From the NCBI GenBank assembly GCA_963804385.1, contig CAWDQD010000013.1, forward strand, positions 43,735 to 107,734: a stretch of DNA of 64,000 nucleotides. The letters run 5' to 3'. Position 1 is the first letter of the stretch. The number at the start of each line of letters is the position of its first letter. This stretch comes from an uncultured Candidatus Micrarchaeota archaeon. Its GTDB lineage: Archaea; Micrarchaeota; Micrarchaeia; Anstonellales; Bilamarchaeaceae. The position numbers were made by a program, and so were the translations under genes. This document shows, piece by piece, positions 62,992-64,000 of this stretch. The notes beneath the pieces are model-generated. The model was not told the origin of the DNA, searched no databases, and saw only the letters and a program-made list of their open reading frames with translations.

Positions 62992-63639
62992 CTACCAGAT
63001 GTACGGCACCAGCCGGTATCTTGTTTTTTTACAAAACTCTTCGTAGCCCTTGAGCCCTCTCCGCAGCGTATTATCCTCCATATAGGTACGCAGGACGAAG
63101 AATATCGCGCCGCAAATGGCCGGAACGAGTGCATAAAACGAGCCTAACGCCACCGGTATGCTCAGGTAGAAAACTATCGCCCCTGCGTACATCGGATGGC
63201 GCACCACTGAATACGGGCCCGTAGATATTACCTCCTGATCCTTCGAGACCTTGACCATCCGGGTGAGGTACGGGTTCACCTTCAAGACCAGGAACACGAA
63301 AGCGAATGCGAACGCTATCGCGATGAAACCGAGCGCCTCAACCCGCGGCGATTGGACATGGTAGAGACCGGAGACCACGAATATCGATATGAAGCAGATT
63401 CCGATCAGGAGCAGCAGGACAGTGTCCCAGAACTCGCCTTTCTCGAGCGAGAGCCGTTCCGTTAACCACTCGGGATTGTTCTTCAGCGCCCATATGCCGA
63501 TTATCATGGAGCAGGCGGCATACAGCCCGAGCAGAGCCCACCCTTCGGGCCAGTTCATGGTTCCGGCGGGAACGAAAATCAGGATGGCGAAGGCGAATAT
63601 GAAGACGAGCCAGCGGGCGAAAAGCGAGATAGCATGCAT
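62992..63639 (-). CDS. ICMT/PEMT-family membrane methyltransferase (second copy in the window)
   Basis: Multi-TM protein with GPYSVVRHPMYAGAIVFY. Confidence 0.7.
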   Translation of the reverse strand: MHAISLFARWLVFIFAFAILIFVPAGTMNWPEGWALLGLYAACSMIIGIWALKNNPEWLTERLSLEKGEFWDTVLLLLIGICFISIFVVSGLYHVQSPRVEALGFIAIAFAFAFVFLVLKVNPYLTRMVKVSKDQEVISTGPYSVVRHPMYAGAIVFYLSIPVALGSFYALVPAICGAIFFVLRTYMEDNTLRRGLKGYEEFCKKTRYRLVPYIW

Positions 63640-63720
63640 GGGGAAATGTCCGGTCTAATATTATTATAATCGAGCCATCCCGGCGGTATTTAAATTTAAT
63701 GTGATACAACGTATTAGTAT

Positions 63721-64000
63721 ATGTCATATGATTTGCACTCGCTCAAGCCGAGCGATGTTATTTCCCTCCAACCCGAGCAGATTCTGGAATCCGTAATGAA
63801 ATGGATGGCAGAGCTGAGGCGAAAGGAGGGGCTGCCTGGATCCGAAGCATTCTTCACGCCCCAGCTGCTCGATTTGATGAAGGTCAAGGATACGATGGCC
63901 GCGTTCGAGCAGAGCTTCATGCGCTATCTCCAGAAGACCAAGGTCGGAGCGCAGAGGCTATTCGACCATATCATGCGCAACGAGGAAGGTAGGGACGTGG
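63721..64000 (+). CDS. 5' part of a hypothetical gene that continues past the right edge
   Basis: ATG at 63721 with TATA-like tatttaaattt about 25-30 nt upstream. The frame is open to the window end (MSYDLHSLKPSDVISLQPEQILESVMKWMAELRRKEG...). It is absent from the ORF track, which appears to omit ORFs open at a window edge. Confidence 0.45.
   Translation, partial: MSYDLHSLKPSDVISLQPEQILESVMKWMAELRRKEGLPGSEAFFTPQLLDLMKVKDTMAAFEQSFMRYLQKTKVGAQRLFDHIMRNEEGRDV

Noticed and set aside
55786-63639. Two ICMT/PEMT-family methyltransferase genes (55786..56460 and 62992..63639), considered as a possible linked system.
   Set aside because: They are 6.5 kb apart with unrelated genes between them. This family is commonly multi-copy, so the arrangement is not unusual.
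1-64000. A search by eye for CRISPR arrays, cas genes, reverse transcriptases (DGR/retron), and 16S/23S rRNA.
   Set aside because: I found no regularly spaced short direct repeats with unique spacers, and none of the listed genes. The only repeated intergenic elements are the promoter and operator repeats reported above.

Overview
This window appears to be a chromosomal segment from a moderately GC-rich archaeon, possibly a DPANN/Micrarchaeota-like lineage (lineage is inference). Four observations support an archaeal origin. Most genes have a TTTATAA-type TATA box about 25 nt upstream of the ATG, implying leaderless mRNAs. Two tRNAs carry an intron or insertion, and the tRNA-Tyr has the archaeal/eukaryal C1:G72 pair. 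The window also encodes a class I LysRS, a geranylgeranyl reductase and archaemetzincin-like genes. Recognisable housekeeping genes are asnB, a class I pyridine nucleotide-disulfide oxidoreductase, purH, a CDF transporter, grpE-dnaK-dnaJ, rsmA/ksgA, lysK, a fused double Lrp/AsnC regulator and an orphan 5S rRNA. The accessory content is large. It includes a 2477-aa beta-helix surface protein, plus the start of a paralog at the left edge. It also includes HEPN-MNT, RelE/RHH and AbiE-like modules, and a DpnI-like methyl-directed restriction enzyme next to tRNA-Asp. A minus-strand operon encodes a membrane-anchored trypsin-like protease, an unknown protein and a membrane HerA-like ATPase. Several tandem paralog arrays have no assignable function. 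The strongest leads are: (1) five tandem archaemetzincin-like genes that all lack the catalytic HExxH (31.4-34.6 kb); (2) four tandem ~375-aa paralogs whose promoters are more conserved than their coding regions, followed by an internally duplicated RG-rich protein and an HExxH protein flanked by a 28-bp direct repeat (44.8-52.3 kb); (3) the protease / unknown / HerA-like ATPase-nuclease operon (23.4-28.7 kb); (4) a PPR-like helical-repeat protein (54.4-55.8 kb); (5) an OMP-like beta-barrel candidate (58.9-59.6 kb). No CRISPR array, integrase or transposase was seen. All family assignments come from motif recognition by eye. No searches were run, and GC statements are visual impressions.
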